From Thermoanaerobaculia bacterium (GTDB lineage: Bacteria > Acidobacteriota > Thermoanaerobaculia > Multivoradales > DATKCC01): DNA of 64,000 nt. The DNA is taken from positions 23,508-87,507 of the forward strand of contig JANRLG010000305.1 of the NCBI GenBank assembly GCA_033762835.1, written 5' to 3'. The stretch's first letter is position 1, and every line of letters begins with the position of its first letter. Positions 27,637 to 35,617 of this stretch are shown piece after piece. Made by a program: the position numbers and the translations under genes. The notes below the pieces were generated by a model. That model did not search any database and had not been told where the DNA came from. It saw only the letters and a list, made by a program, of their open reading frames with translations.

Positions 27637-29769
27637 TCAATCCGTCGAACGGTCACCGGCGGGGCTCAAACGGTGCGCCAACCAGGGCAACACGACGAGG
27701 GTGACCAGGGCTGCCACGAGAATGCCGCCCAGGACACCGATGCCGAAGCGCTGAGTGGGGGGGAAGCTCGACAACACGAACAGACCGAAGCCGGCCCCGA
27801 GGATGAGCGCGGCGCTCGCGATCGGTCGCCAGAGCTGCGCGCGGGCTTCGACCCAGGCCGCCCAACCGGTGAGCCCGCCGCGGCGCAAGCGGCGGGCGGC
27901 GGCCACCAAGTGGACCATGGAGTCGATGCCCATGCCGATCGCGATGTTCGACGCCGGGGACGAAATGATGTCCACGGGCAACCCGGCGAAGCCCATGGCA
28001 CCGAAGAGCACCAGCGGTGTGGCGGCCAGACAAAACGTCATGGCCACCGTGGTACCCACGGCGCGGGAAATGCCGAAGCCCACCGCCGCGAACAGCAAGG
28101 CCAAGCCGCCGAGGCCGGTGGTCACACTTTCGCGGACGAGCTCCGAGAGTTGCCGCTGGAGCTCGAACAGACCGCCGGTCAGGCGCGGCTCGAACCCCTC
28201 GGCGCGAAAGGCGGCCGTCAGGCGGTCGACCACGACTCGACGAGCCTCGATCCGCCCGCCTTCCACCATGCGCAGCAGCATCAAGCCCTGGGTGCGGTCC
28301 TCGGTGAGGAAGCTCCGGGTGACGTTCTCGAAGCCCGGCCCGGCCAGGAGGTCGAAGATCTGCGGCTCGCCCAGGAACCCTACCAGCGGCGAGCGCCGCG
28401 CTTCTTCGAGCAGCACCGCCGCGGATAACGCGGTGCCCACGGCGGGGTCACGGTCGAGAGTGGCCTGCACTCGGGCCAGGCGCTCGGCCACCCCGGGGGC
28501 GTCGAGGTGCCCGTTTCCGCCGTCTTGGTAGACGATCGCCAGCGGGCTCGAGCCTCCCGCGGCGTCGATGGCGGCCATGCCGCGATGGAGCTCGGTTCCG
28601 GGTCGAAAGTAGGAAAGCAGATCGGGGTCGGTGGACAACCGGGGCCAACCGAAGGCAAACAGCGCGACCGCCGCGGCCACGGCCAAGGAGGCGCCGCCGA
28701 GCCGGCGCCCGCCGAACGGGTCCCGCGTGACTCGGTCCGCCCCCGGTGGACGCCGGGCGATCGCGAGAAACGCCGGGTGGAGCAGGAAGGCCACGGCCAG
28801 TGCCACGGTCGAGCCCAGGCAACCGGCCAAGCCCAACTCACGCATGGGCTTCGCCGAGGCGAAAAGTAGGCTGCCGAAGCCGAGCAGGGCCGCCACCCAG
28901 CACCAGAAGGACGGTGCCAGCGTGCGGCGCACCGCTAGTCGCGCCAGCTCAGGGCCCGAGGCGGCGGGTACTTCCTGGGCGAGGCCCTGCCAGTTGGCGG
29001 TCAGGTAGACCAAGTGGGACAAGGTGACCACGAACACGATGGTGGCGAGGTTCGCGGTCAACATGCCGATGGCGAGGCCCAAAGGGCCCAGCAAGAGCAG
29101 AGTCGTGGCCGCCGAGGCGACACAAGCCGCCAGGGCGCCCGTGACGATCGCCGGGTCGCGATAAAGGAGCGTGATCACGGCGCCGAACAGGAGCACCGCG
29201 ACGAGCGTGAACTTCCGCAGGTCGGCCAGCAGGTGGCGGCGGATCGACTCGACCACGTAGGGCACCCCCGACAGCCGGAGCTCGAAGTCCGCGGCCGTTA
29301 AGCGCGCCGTAAGGGCTTCGAGGGCCGTGACGAGGGCAGCCGAGTCGGTGTCCGGCCGGGTCTCGACCACGAGGGTCGTGGCGCGGCCGTCGGGAGCCAC
29401 CAGCAGGCGTCGCCACAGCGGGCTCTCGAAAGCGTCCCCGGGCGAAAACGGCCCGCTTGCGAGACTGCGCACCGCGGCCACGCCGGGCAGTTCGCGGAGC
29501 GCCGAGGTCAGGGCGGTGATCTTCTCGGCATAGGCGGCCGAACGGACGTCCGGCGCGGCGGCCCGCACCAGCACCTGGGCGCCGGCCGGAAACAACCGCT
29601 CGATCTCGGCCGTCGAGCGTAACTCCGGGTCGTCGGTCGAGAAAAAGAAGTCGGCCGAAACCCGGGGCGACAGGTCGACCGTGGTGAGGACCGCCAAGAC
29701 CAATACGGCGGTCGCGGCGAGCCAGGAGATGGCGGTCAGGCGGAAACGAAAGGTCGTCGGGGGAGTCAC
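27637..29769 (-). CDS. MMPL/RND-superfamily exporter
   Basis: 710 aa with two 6-TM bundles and two periplasmic loops. MMPL-like composition. Confidence 0.75.
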   Translation of the reverse strand: MTPPTTFRFRLTAISWLAATAVLVLAVLTTVDLSPRVSADFFFSTDDPELRSTAEIERLFPAGAQVLVRAAAPDVRSAAYAEKITALTSALRELPGVAAVRSLASGPFSPGDAFESPLWRRLLVAPDGRATTLVVETRPDTDSAALVTALEALTARLTAADFELRLSGVPYVVESIRRHLLADLRKFTLVAVLLFGAVITLLYRDPAIVTGALAACVASAATTLLLLGPLGLAIGMLTANLATIVFVVTLSHLVYLTANWQGLAQEVPAASGPELARLAVRRTLAPSFWCWVAALLGFGSLLFASAKPMRELGLAGCLGSTVALAVAFLLHPAFLAIARRPPGADRVTRDPFGGRRLGGASLAVAAAVALFAFGWPRLSTDPDLLSYFRPGTELHRGMAAIDAAGGSSPLAIVYQDGGNGHLDAPGVAERLARVQATLDRDPAVGTALSAAVLLEEARRSPLVGFLGEPQIFDLLAGPGFENVTRSFLTEDRTQGLMLLRMVEGGRIEARRVVVDRLTAAFRAEGFEPRLTGGLFELQRQLSELVRESVTTGLGGLALLFAAVGFGISRAVGTTVAMTFCLAATPLVLFGAMGFAGLPVDIISSPASNIAIGMGIDSMVHLVAAARRLRRGGLTGWAAWVEARAQLWRPIASAALILGAGFGLFVLSSFPPTQRFGIGVLGGILVAALVTLVVLPWLAHRLSPAGDRSTD

Positions 29770-29865
29770 CGGCGAGAGTGTATCGCCGTCCTGGGGATTG
29801 CCTCGAGAACTCCTGGTTGGGCGTCCGCCGGCCGGCCGCGGCGGCCGGCGGGCGGACCGGGGGGC

Positions 29866-30147
29866 TCAGGTACAGAACTCGTACTCGATGCAGAGGTACT
29901 CGCCGTTGCCGAGCGAACGACAGACCACGCAGACGCAGCCATGGCAGACCCCGATGCCATTGAGCTCGTCCTCGAGGGTCTTGGGGTCGCCCTTCCGCAC
30001 CTCCTGGCCGATGACCTTGCCGCCGGTGGGGACCAGGCTCATCAGCGGCTCCGGTGCAAAGGAGAGTTTCTCCGCCGTGGCGGGGACGGTGAAGGAGACG
30101 AGGCTCAGAACGACGATGGCCGCGGTCCACAGATAAGAACGCTTCAT
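29866..30147 (-). CDS. small secreted Cys-rich protein upstream of the MMPL transporter
   Basis: 'MKRSYLWTAAIVVLSLVSFTVPATA' signal peptide. C-terminal 'GVCHGCVCVVCRSLGNGEYLCIEYEFC' (7 Cys). Confidence 0.45.
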   Translation of the reverse strand: MKRSYLWTAAIVVLSLVSFTVPATAEKLSFAPEPLMSLVPTGGKVIGQEVRKGDPKTLEDELNGIGVCHGCVCVVCRSLGNGEYLCIEYEFCT

Positions 30148-31012
30148 GTTGTGCGTCCTCCTTTCAAACTGGGATGCGCAGAAGAAACGGCGATCTGATC
30201 ACCCGCTGCCCACCGGTTATTTCGGCGAGAATGACGCCGTGCCCCCAAGCCTGCGCTCGTTGCCCGTCGCTGCCTTCGCCCTCGCGGTGGCCGTCCTGAG
30301 CTGCCTCGCCGGTCCCCAGGACCGGGCGCCGGAGGCGGTGCCCGCGGTGGAGTCTCGCGAGGTGGCGTTTCTCGCCGGCTCGATCCACGTTTTGGTCGCC
30401 GGGCCCGACACCGGTCGGCCGGTGCTGCTGCTCCACGGTGCTTTGTTCCAGTCGAGCACGTGGCAAAACATCGGCACGCTGCGTCGCCTGGCGCAGGAGG
30501 GATTCCGGGTCGTGGCCGTCGATCTGCCCGGTTATGGGGCGTCACCGGCCGCGGAGCTGCCGCCCGAGGCGGTGCTCTCGGCGCTGATACCGGCCCTGGG
30601 GCTCTCGCGACCGGTGGTGGTGGCGCCGTCGATGAGTGGTCGCTACGTGTTCCCGTTGCTGGTCGCCGAACCGCAGACTTTCGCCGGGGTCGTGCTGGTG
30701 GCGCCCGCGGGGATTCGGACCTATCGCGCCGTGGTCGAGAACGTGCGTCTGCCCGTTTTGTTGGTCTGGGGTGAGAAGGACGACACCGTGCCTGTGGCGG
30801 AGAGCTACCTGCTGACGACGCGCTGGCCCCAAGCCCAGCGCTTGGTGCTGGAAGGCGCCGGGCACGCTGCCTACTTGGATCGCCCCGAGGCGTTCAACAA
30901 CGCCCTGTTGGCGTTCCTGCGGGGGTTGCCGGCTCCCGGTGGGATTACGGAGCCAACAGTCGCATCGGGTAGTCCGCCGGCAGACGGCGCCGAAACCGCC
31001 CGTCCGCGGTAA
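30146..31012 (+). CDS. alpha/beta hydrolase
   Basis: 'LLLHGALFQSSTW', 'APSMSGRY' nucleophile elbow and 'GAGHAAYLD' His motif. Start may be a later GTG (~30236). The 3' end overlaps a PIN fragment on the opposite strand. Confidence 0.7.
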   Translation: MLCVLLSNWDAQKKRRSDHPLPTGYFGENDAVPPSLRSLPVAAFALAVAVLSCLAGPQDRAPEAVPAVESREVAFLAGSIHVLVAGPDTGRPVLLLHGALFQSSTWQNIGTLRRLAQEGFRVVAVDLPGYGASPAAELPPEAVLSALIPALGLSRPVVVAPSMSGRYVFPLLVAEPQTFAGVVLVAPAGIRTYRAVVENVRLPVLLVWGEKDDTVPVAESYLLTTRWPQAQRLVLEGAGHAAYLDRPEAFNNALLAFLRGLPAPGGITEPTVASGSPPADGAETARPR

Positions 31013-31124
31013 CGAGAACGGCCTTCTGCTGTTCCGCCACGGCCAGGTACGAGGCGTCATAAAACGACACCCCGAAGTTCACGCTCGCGATCCTCGCGCA
31101 CCATTTGCACGATCTCCGCGGTGC
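30945..31124 (-). pseudogene. C-terminal fragment of a VapC/PIN toxin
   Basis: Frame translates 'FYDASYLAVAEQQKAVLVTADGRFRRRL', the canonical PIN C-terminal block. The frame is closed upstream, so the N-terminal ~90 aa are absent. Confidence 0.4.
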
Positions 31125-31305
31125 TCACTTTCGGCCCGTTTCTCCGGAAGGCCGCCAGTTTTTCGATGGCGATTTTTCGGCTGAGGCGAGTCAGCTCGCG
31201 CCGGATCGCGTCGTTGGCGAACCGGCTGCGCTCGCCCGCCGGCACGAGTTCATCGAAATCCGCCCGGACTTCGTCGTCGAGGACCAGATTCACCTTGCTC
31301 GCCAC
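31057..31305 (-). CDS. ribbon-helix-helix (CopG-like) antitoxin, now orphaned
   Basis: GTG start. 'VASKVNLVLDDEVRADFDELVPAGERSRFANDAIRREL' RHH pattern. Sits just upstream of the PIN remnant. Confidence 0.5.
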   Translation of the reverse strand: MASKVNLVLDDEVRADFDELVPAGERSRFANDAIRRELTRLSRKIAIEKLAAFRRNGPKVSTAEIVQMVREDRERELRGVVL

Positions 31306-31420
31306 AGGAGGCTCCTTTCGAGAAGACGTTTCGTCTCTCCGCAGCGCAGAGAAGCTCGGTCCGAATTTCAACTCCGGGGTCCGTGGGTCGTCTCTTGCGG
31401 CGGACCCGACCGTTCGGCCC

Positions 31421-32449
31421 TCAGTTTCGCGTACTGAAGATCGTCTTCTCCACGGGATCGTCCAAGAGCTGCCAGCCCGGGCACGACTCGCCGTCGCACG
31501 GCAGGCCGGTGAACCGCCAAATCGTGCCATCGTCGTGGCTCTTGTACAACGATCTCGGGCCGGTGGAGATCTGACGGATCCGCGGATCCCGATCGAGTTG
31601 GAGCCAGCCACTGCCGGTGTAGCGCCAAATCCCGCCGTCGCTGTGCTGCTTGTAGAGCGCGTCGCCGCCGGTCACGATCGAGACCGTTGCCGGGTCACTG
31701 GCGAGCAGCTGCCATCCGGGGCAGGAGGCGCCAGTGCAGGGCGTCTCCGTGTAGCGCCAAATCTCCCCGCCCGATCGCAGCTGATAGAGCACCACCCCTC
31801 GGCTGCCGGTTAGGCCGGCGGTGATCTCTTGGGTGCTCGAATGGTTGTCGAGGAGTTCCCACCCGAAGCACGATCCACCGCTGCACGCCGCTCCTGTATG
31901 ACGCAGGATGCTCCCATCCTCGCGTCGCTGGTAGAGCTCGGTCCCGGCAGCGATGACTTCCCGGGTCGTCGAACGGTTGTCGAGTTGCTCCCAGCCGGAG
32001 CATGAGTCTCCGCTGCAGGGCGTCCCGGTGTAGCGCCAGACGCTGCCGTTCCCGAGGCGCTTGTAGAGACTCTCCGCGCCGGCGGCGACGATCGCCACGA
32101 TCGCGGTGTCGTTGTCGAGTTTTTCCCACCCCGGACACGATCCGTTGCTGCACGGCGTGCCGGTGTAGCGCCAGATGCTGCCGTCGGAGCGACGTTGATA
32201 AAGCGGGGGCGCGAAAGGGGGCGCCCCGGTGGCGGTGAACCCGCCCGCCGGCACCCCTCCGGCGGTGATCTCCCGGGTGCCGGGATGGTTGTCGAGCAAG
32301 CGCCACCCCGGGCAAGCGGTTTCGGTGCAGGGCAACCCGGTGTAGACCCAGAGATTGCCGTTGTCGTGCAGCTGGTATACCGGTTGCGCCGACAGGGCCG
32401 ACGCGCTCGCCAGTGTCCATCCGACGAAGATCCTCTGAAAATGTCTCAT
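31421..32449 (-). CDS. secreted protein with 7 tandem ~42-aa Cys-containing repeats (probable beta-propeller)
   Basis: Signal peptide 'MRHFQRIFVGWTLASASALSA'. Repeat consensus 'LYQRRxDGSIWRYTGTPCSGxSCPGWxxLDNxxxTxEIxAG' occurs seven times. GGAGGAA Shine-Dalgarno. Confidence 0.6.
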   Translation of the reverse strand: MRHFQRIFVGWTLASASALSAQPVYQLHDNGNLWVYTGLPCTETACPGWRLLDNHPGTREITAGGVPAGGFTATGAPPFAPPLYQRRSDGSIWRYTGTPCSNGSCPGWEKLDNDTAIVAIVAAGAESLYKRLGNGSVWRYTGTPCSGDSCSGWEQLDNRSTTREVIAAGTELYQRREDGSILRHTGAACSGGSCFGWELLDNHSSTQEITAGLTGSRGVVLYQLRSGGEIWRYTETPCTGASCPGWQLLASDPATVSIVTGGDALYKQHSDGGIWRYTGSGWLQLDRDPRIRQISTGPRSLYKSHDDGTIWRFTGLPCDGESCPGWQLLDDPVEKTIFSTRN

Positions 32450-32659
32450 GAGCGTTCCTCCGTTTGGTAAAGCAGCTCCTTGCTGCTGTTCGATGACAAA
32501 CGGAGATCCACAGGAAAGTCCCTCAGAGCCGGTGAGTCGAAAACGACCGACGAAGTCCGGGAACAATCCACCAGGGCGACCACTTCGTACCTCCATCGGC
32601 TGTGCCAAACTCCGGGAGATCCCGTCCTGGACACTCGGCGACTCGGCGAAGGGAGACTC

Positions 32660-34021
32660 GTGAGCGCGCGGAAGATCCTCATCATCGGCAACGGCGTGGC
32701 GGGGGTAACTGCCGCCCGCACTCTGCGGCGGTTGGGCTCCAAGGACGAGATCACGCTGATCTCGGCGGAGACCGACCACTTCTTCTCGCGCACCGCGCTC
32801 ATGTACATCTACATGGGGCACATGCGCTACGAGAACACCAAGCCCTACGAGGACGGCTTCTGGGACGAACACCGGATCGGTCGCTTGCGGGCGCGGGTGA
32901 CGCGCGTCGACACCGGGGCAAAGCAACTGCATCTCGATTCCGGCGCCACGATGCCCTACGACGCCTTGGTCGTCGCCTCGGGTTCGAAGTCCAATAAGTT
33001 CGGCTGGCCGGGCCAAGATCTCCCCGGTGTCCAGGCCCTCTACAGCTATCAGGACTTGGAGCTACTCGAGGCCAACACGGCCAGCGGCCGGGTGCGCCGT
33101 GCGGTGGTCGTGGGGGGCGGGCTGATCGGCGTCGAGCTGACCGAAATGCTGCTCACCCGGGGCATTCCGGTGACCTTCCTGGTCCGCGAGCCCGGCTGGA
33201 TGAGCTTCGCCTACCCTCCGGAAGAGTCCGCCATGATCGCCCGGCACCTCCGGGAACACGGCGTCGACCTGCGGTTCGGCACCGAGATGGAGCGCATCGA
33301 AGCCGGTCCGGACGGGCGGGCGCGGGCGGTCGTGACCAAGAGCGGCGAAGAAATCCCCTGCGAGCTCGTCGGTCTCACCGTGGGCGTCGGGCCGAACGTC
33401 GATTTCCTGAAGGACTCCGGGATCGAGACGAACCGCGGCGTCCTGGTCGACGAACACCTGCGTACCAACCTGCCGGACGTCTATGCCGCGGGCGACTGTG
33501 CCGAAGTGCGGCAGGCCCGGCCGGGGCGGCGGCCGGTCGAGCCCCTGTGGTACGTCGGCCGCCGAATGGGCGAGACGGTGGGCTACAACCTCGCCGGCAA
33601 ACCTACGGTCTACGAACCCGGCACCTGGTTCAACTCGGCCAAGTTCTTCGACCTCGAGTGGCAGGTGTACGGGCAAGTTCCCGCCCAGCCGGGCGAGGGA
33701 GAAGAGTCGATCTACTGGGAGCATCCGGCGGGCAAGCTCGGGTTGCGCTTGAACTACCGCGGACCCGACGGCCCCGTCCTCGGCTTCCAGGTCATGGGCA
33801 TCCGCTACCGTCACGAGGTCTGCCAGGAGTGGCTCGAAGCCGGCCGGCCGATCCGATGGGTGCTCGAGAACCTGGGCGTCGCCAACTTCGACCCGGAGTT
33901 CTACCGCCAGTACGAGCACGAGTTGGTGGCGGTCTACAACCGTCGCCATCCCGAGAGTCCGGTCACTTTGAAACGCAAACGAGGCCTCGCCGGTCTCTCC
34001 GCCCTACGCCGCGCGAGCTGA
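32660..34021 (+). CDS. FAD-dependent pyridine nucleotide-disulfide oxidoreductase family protein
   Basis: GTG start. 'KILIIGNGVAGVTAA' FAD loop, 'AVVVGGGLIGVE' NAD loop and 'YAAGDCA' motif. Confidence 0.75.
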   Translation: MSARKILIIGNGVAGVTAARTLRRLGSKDEITLISAETDHFFSRTALMYIYMGHMRYENTKPYEDGFWDEHRIGRLRARVTRVDTGAKQLHLDSGATMPYDALVVASGSKSNKFGWPGQDLPGVQALYSYQDLELLEANTASGRVRRAVVVGGGLIGVELTEMLLTRGIPVTFLVREPGWMSFAYPPEESAMIARHLREHGVDLRFGTEMERIEAGPDGRARAVVTKSGEEIPCELVGLTVGVGPNVDFLKDSGIETNRGVLVDEHLRTNLPDVYAAGDCAEVRQARPGRRPVEPLWYVGRRMGETVGYNLAGKPTVYEPGTWFNSAKFFDLEWQVYGQVPAQPGEGEESIYWEHPAGKLGLRLNYRGPDGPVLGFQVMGIRYRHEVCQEWLEAGRPIRWVLENLGVANFDPEFYRQYEHELVAVYNRRHPESPVTLKRKRGLAGLSALRRAS

Positions 34022-34037
34022 AAGAGGCACGACAACC

Positions 34038-35603
34038 ATGAGCCACGGTTCCTCTTCTGCCCTGCGTACCCTCCAACTCGCCGGTCTCGGCTTGTTCCTA
34101 CTTGGTTTCGGCCTGTTCCTGATCGTGCCGTTTTTCGACTACTACGTCGCGGACGATGCTGCCTGGAGCGTCGCTCTCGAGAAGATCAAGCCCGAGCACC
34201 GGGACGCGCTGCGCGGCGCCTTCTCGAACCCCACGGACCCGCGTTCCGTCGTGGCCTTTGGCCTCGCCGCCAACCGGGCCGTGGCGGCGGTCAACGCCGG
34301 TTTGCCCGCCGGGGCCGGAATCGCGGGCTACGAAACCAAGGAGTTTCGGCTGGCCTTGGCGACCGCCGCCGAGCGGGGTCCGGTGGTCCGCTCGCCGGGT
34401 CTTTGGGCGGCCTTGACCTGGGGGCTCGCCTGCTTCGGTGCGCTGCTCTTCTTCTTGCCGCGCCTGCGTCAAGAGCCGCCGGGGATCAAGAACCACCGCA
34501 TCTTCTTCGACCCGGTGAAGTCGCGGGGTGCGATCGGCATCGCCCTCGGGGCGTTCTTGATCGGTTTCTACATCCTCTTGTACTTCCGGCCGGAGTTCAT
34601 CACCGGCTGGATTCGCCTGGCAGACCCGGTGGCGCAACTCCTCAAGGGCAAAACGGCGGATCGTTGGTTCTTCTACGGCTTTCTGTACTGCCTAGCGGTC
34701 CTGGTCATGGGCATCCGCTTCGCCATCAACTACCGCCACAGCCGTTACCAACTGGTGCGCACGGCGTCGGTCACCTTTTTCCAACTCGGCTTCGCGTTTC
34801 TCATCCCGAACGTCCTCGAGGCTCTGAACAAGCCGTCGATGGACCTCAAGAACGCCTGGCCCCTGAACTACACCTTCTTCTACGACTGGAACCTGAACGG
34901 CTTGAAGTCCGGCGGTACCTTCGGCTGGGTCTTGCTCTGGTGGGGCGTCGCCCTGTCGTTCCTGGTGGTGCCGGCCTTCGCCGCCTTCTTCGGCAAACGG
35001 TGGTACTGCTCCTGGGTCTGCGGCTGCGGCGGCTTGGCCGAGACCTTGGGCGACCCGTTCCGCCAACAATCGGACAAATCGAAGCGGGCGTGGAAGATCG
35101 AACGCTGGGTGATCCACTCGGTGCTGGTCTTCGCCGTCGTGATGACCGGTTTGACCTTGTGGAATTACCACACCGGCGGCTTCGGCAACAGCTACTGGAA
35201 GTGGCAGGAGTGGTATGGCTTCGCCATCGGCTCGATCTTCGCCGGAGTCGTGGGCACCGGGTTCTACCCCCTCATGGGCAACCGCATGTGGTGCCGCTTC
35301 GGCTGTCCGCTGGCGGCCATCCTGGGGATGGTGCAGAAGTACAAGTCCCGCTTCCGCATCACCACCAACGGCGGCCAGTGCATTTCCTGCGGCAACTGCT
35401 CGACCTACTGCGAGATGGGCATCGACGTCCGCTGGTACGCCCAGCGGGGTCAGAACATCATCCGTAGCTCCTGCGTCGGCTGCGGCATCTGTAGCCAGGT
35501 GTGCCCGCGCGGCGTGCTGCGCCTGGAGAACGGCCCGACGGCCGGTCGCTACAACGAAGTGTCGCTGGTGCAGATCGGCAGCGGACGCATCGACGTCCGC
35601 TGA
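34038..35603 (+). CDS. NapH/MauN-family membrane protein with 4Fe-4S ferredoxin domains
   Basis: Multiple TM helices. 'CSWVCGCGG' and 'CRFGCP' membrane-loop motifs. C-terminal 'CISCGNCSTYCEMG' and 'CVGCGICSQVCP'. Confidence 0.65.
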   Translation: MSHGSSSALRTLQLAGLGLFLLGFGLFLIVPFFDYYVADDAAWSVALEKIKPEHRDALRGAFSNPTDPRSVVAFGLAANRAVAAVNAGLPAGAGIAGYETKEFRLALATAAERGPVVRSPGLWAALTWGLACFGALLFFLPRLRQEPPGIKNHRIFFDPVKSRGAIGIALGAFLIGFYILLYFRPEFITGWIRLADPVAQLLKGKTADRWFFYGFLYCLAVLVMGIRFAINYRHSRYQLVRTASVTFFQLGFAFLIPNVLEALNKPSMDLKNAWPLNYTFFYDWNLNGLKSGGTFGWVLLWWGVALSFLVVPAFAAFFGKRWYCSWVCGCGGLAETLGDPFRQQSDKSKRAWKIERWVIHSVLVFAVVMTGLTLWNYHTGGFGNSYWKWQEWYGFAIGSIFAGVVGTGFYPLMGNRMWCRFGCPLAAILGMVQKYKSRFRITTNGGQCISCGNCSTYCEMGIDVRWYAQRGQNIIRSSCVGCGICSQVCPRGVLRLENGPTAGRYNEVSLVQIGSGRIDVR

Positions 35604-35617
35604 AGGCTTGAGCGCCG

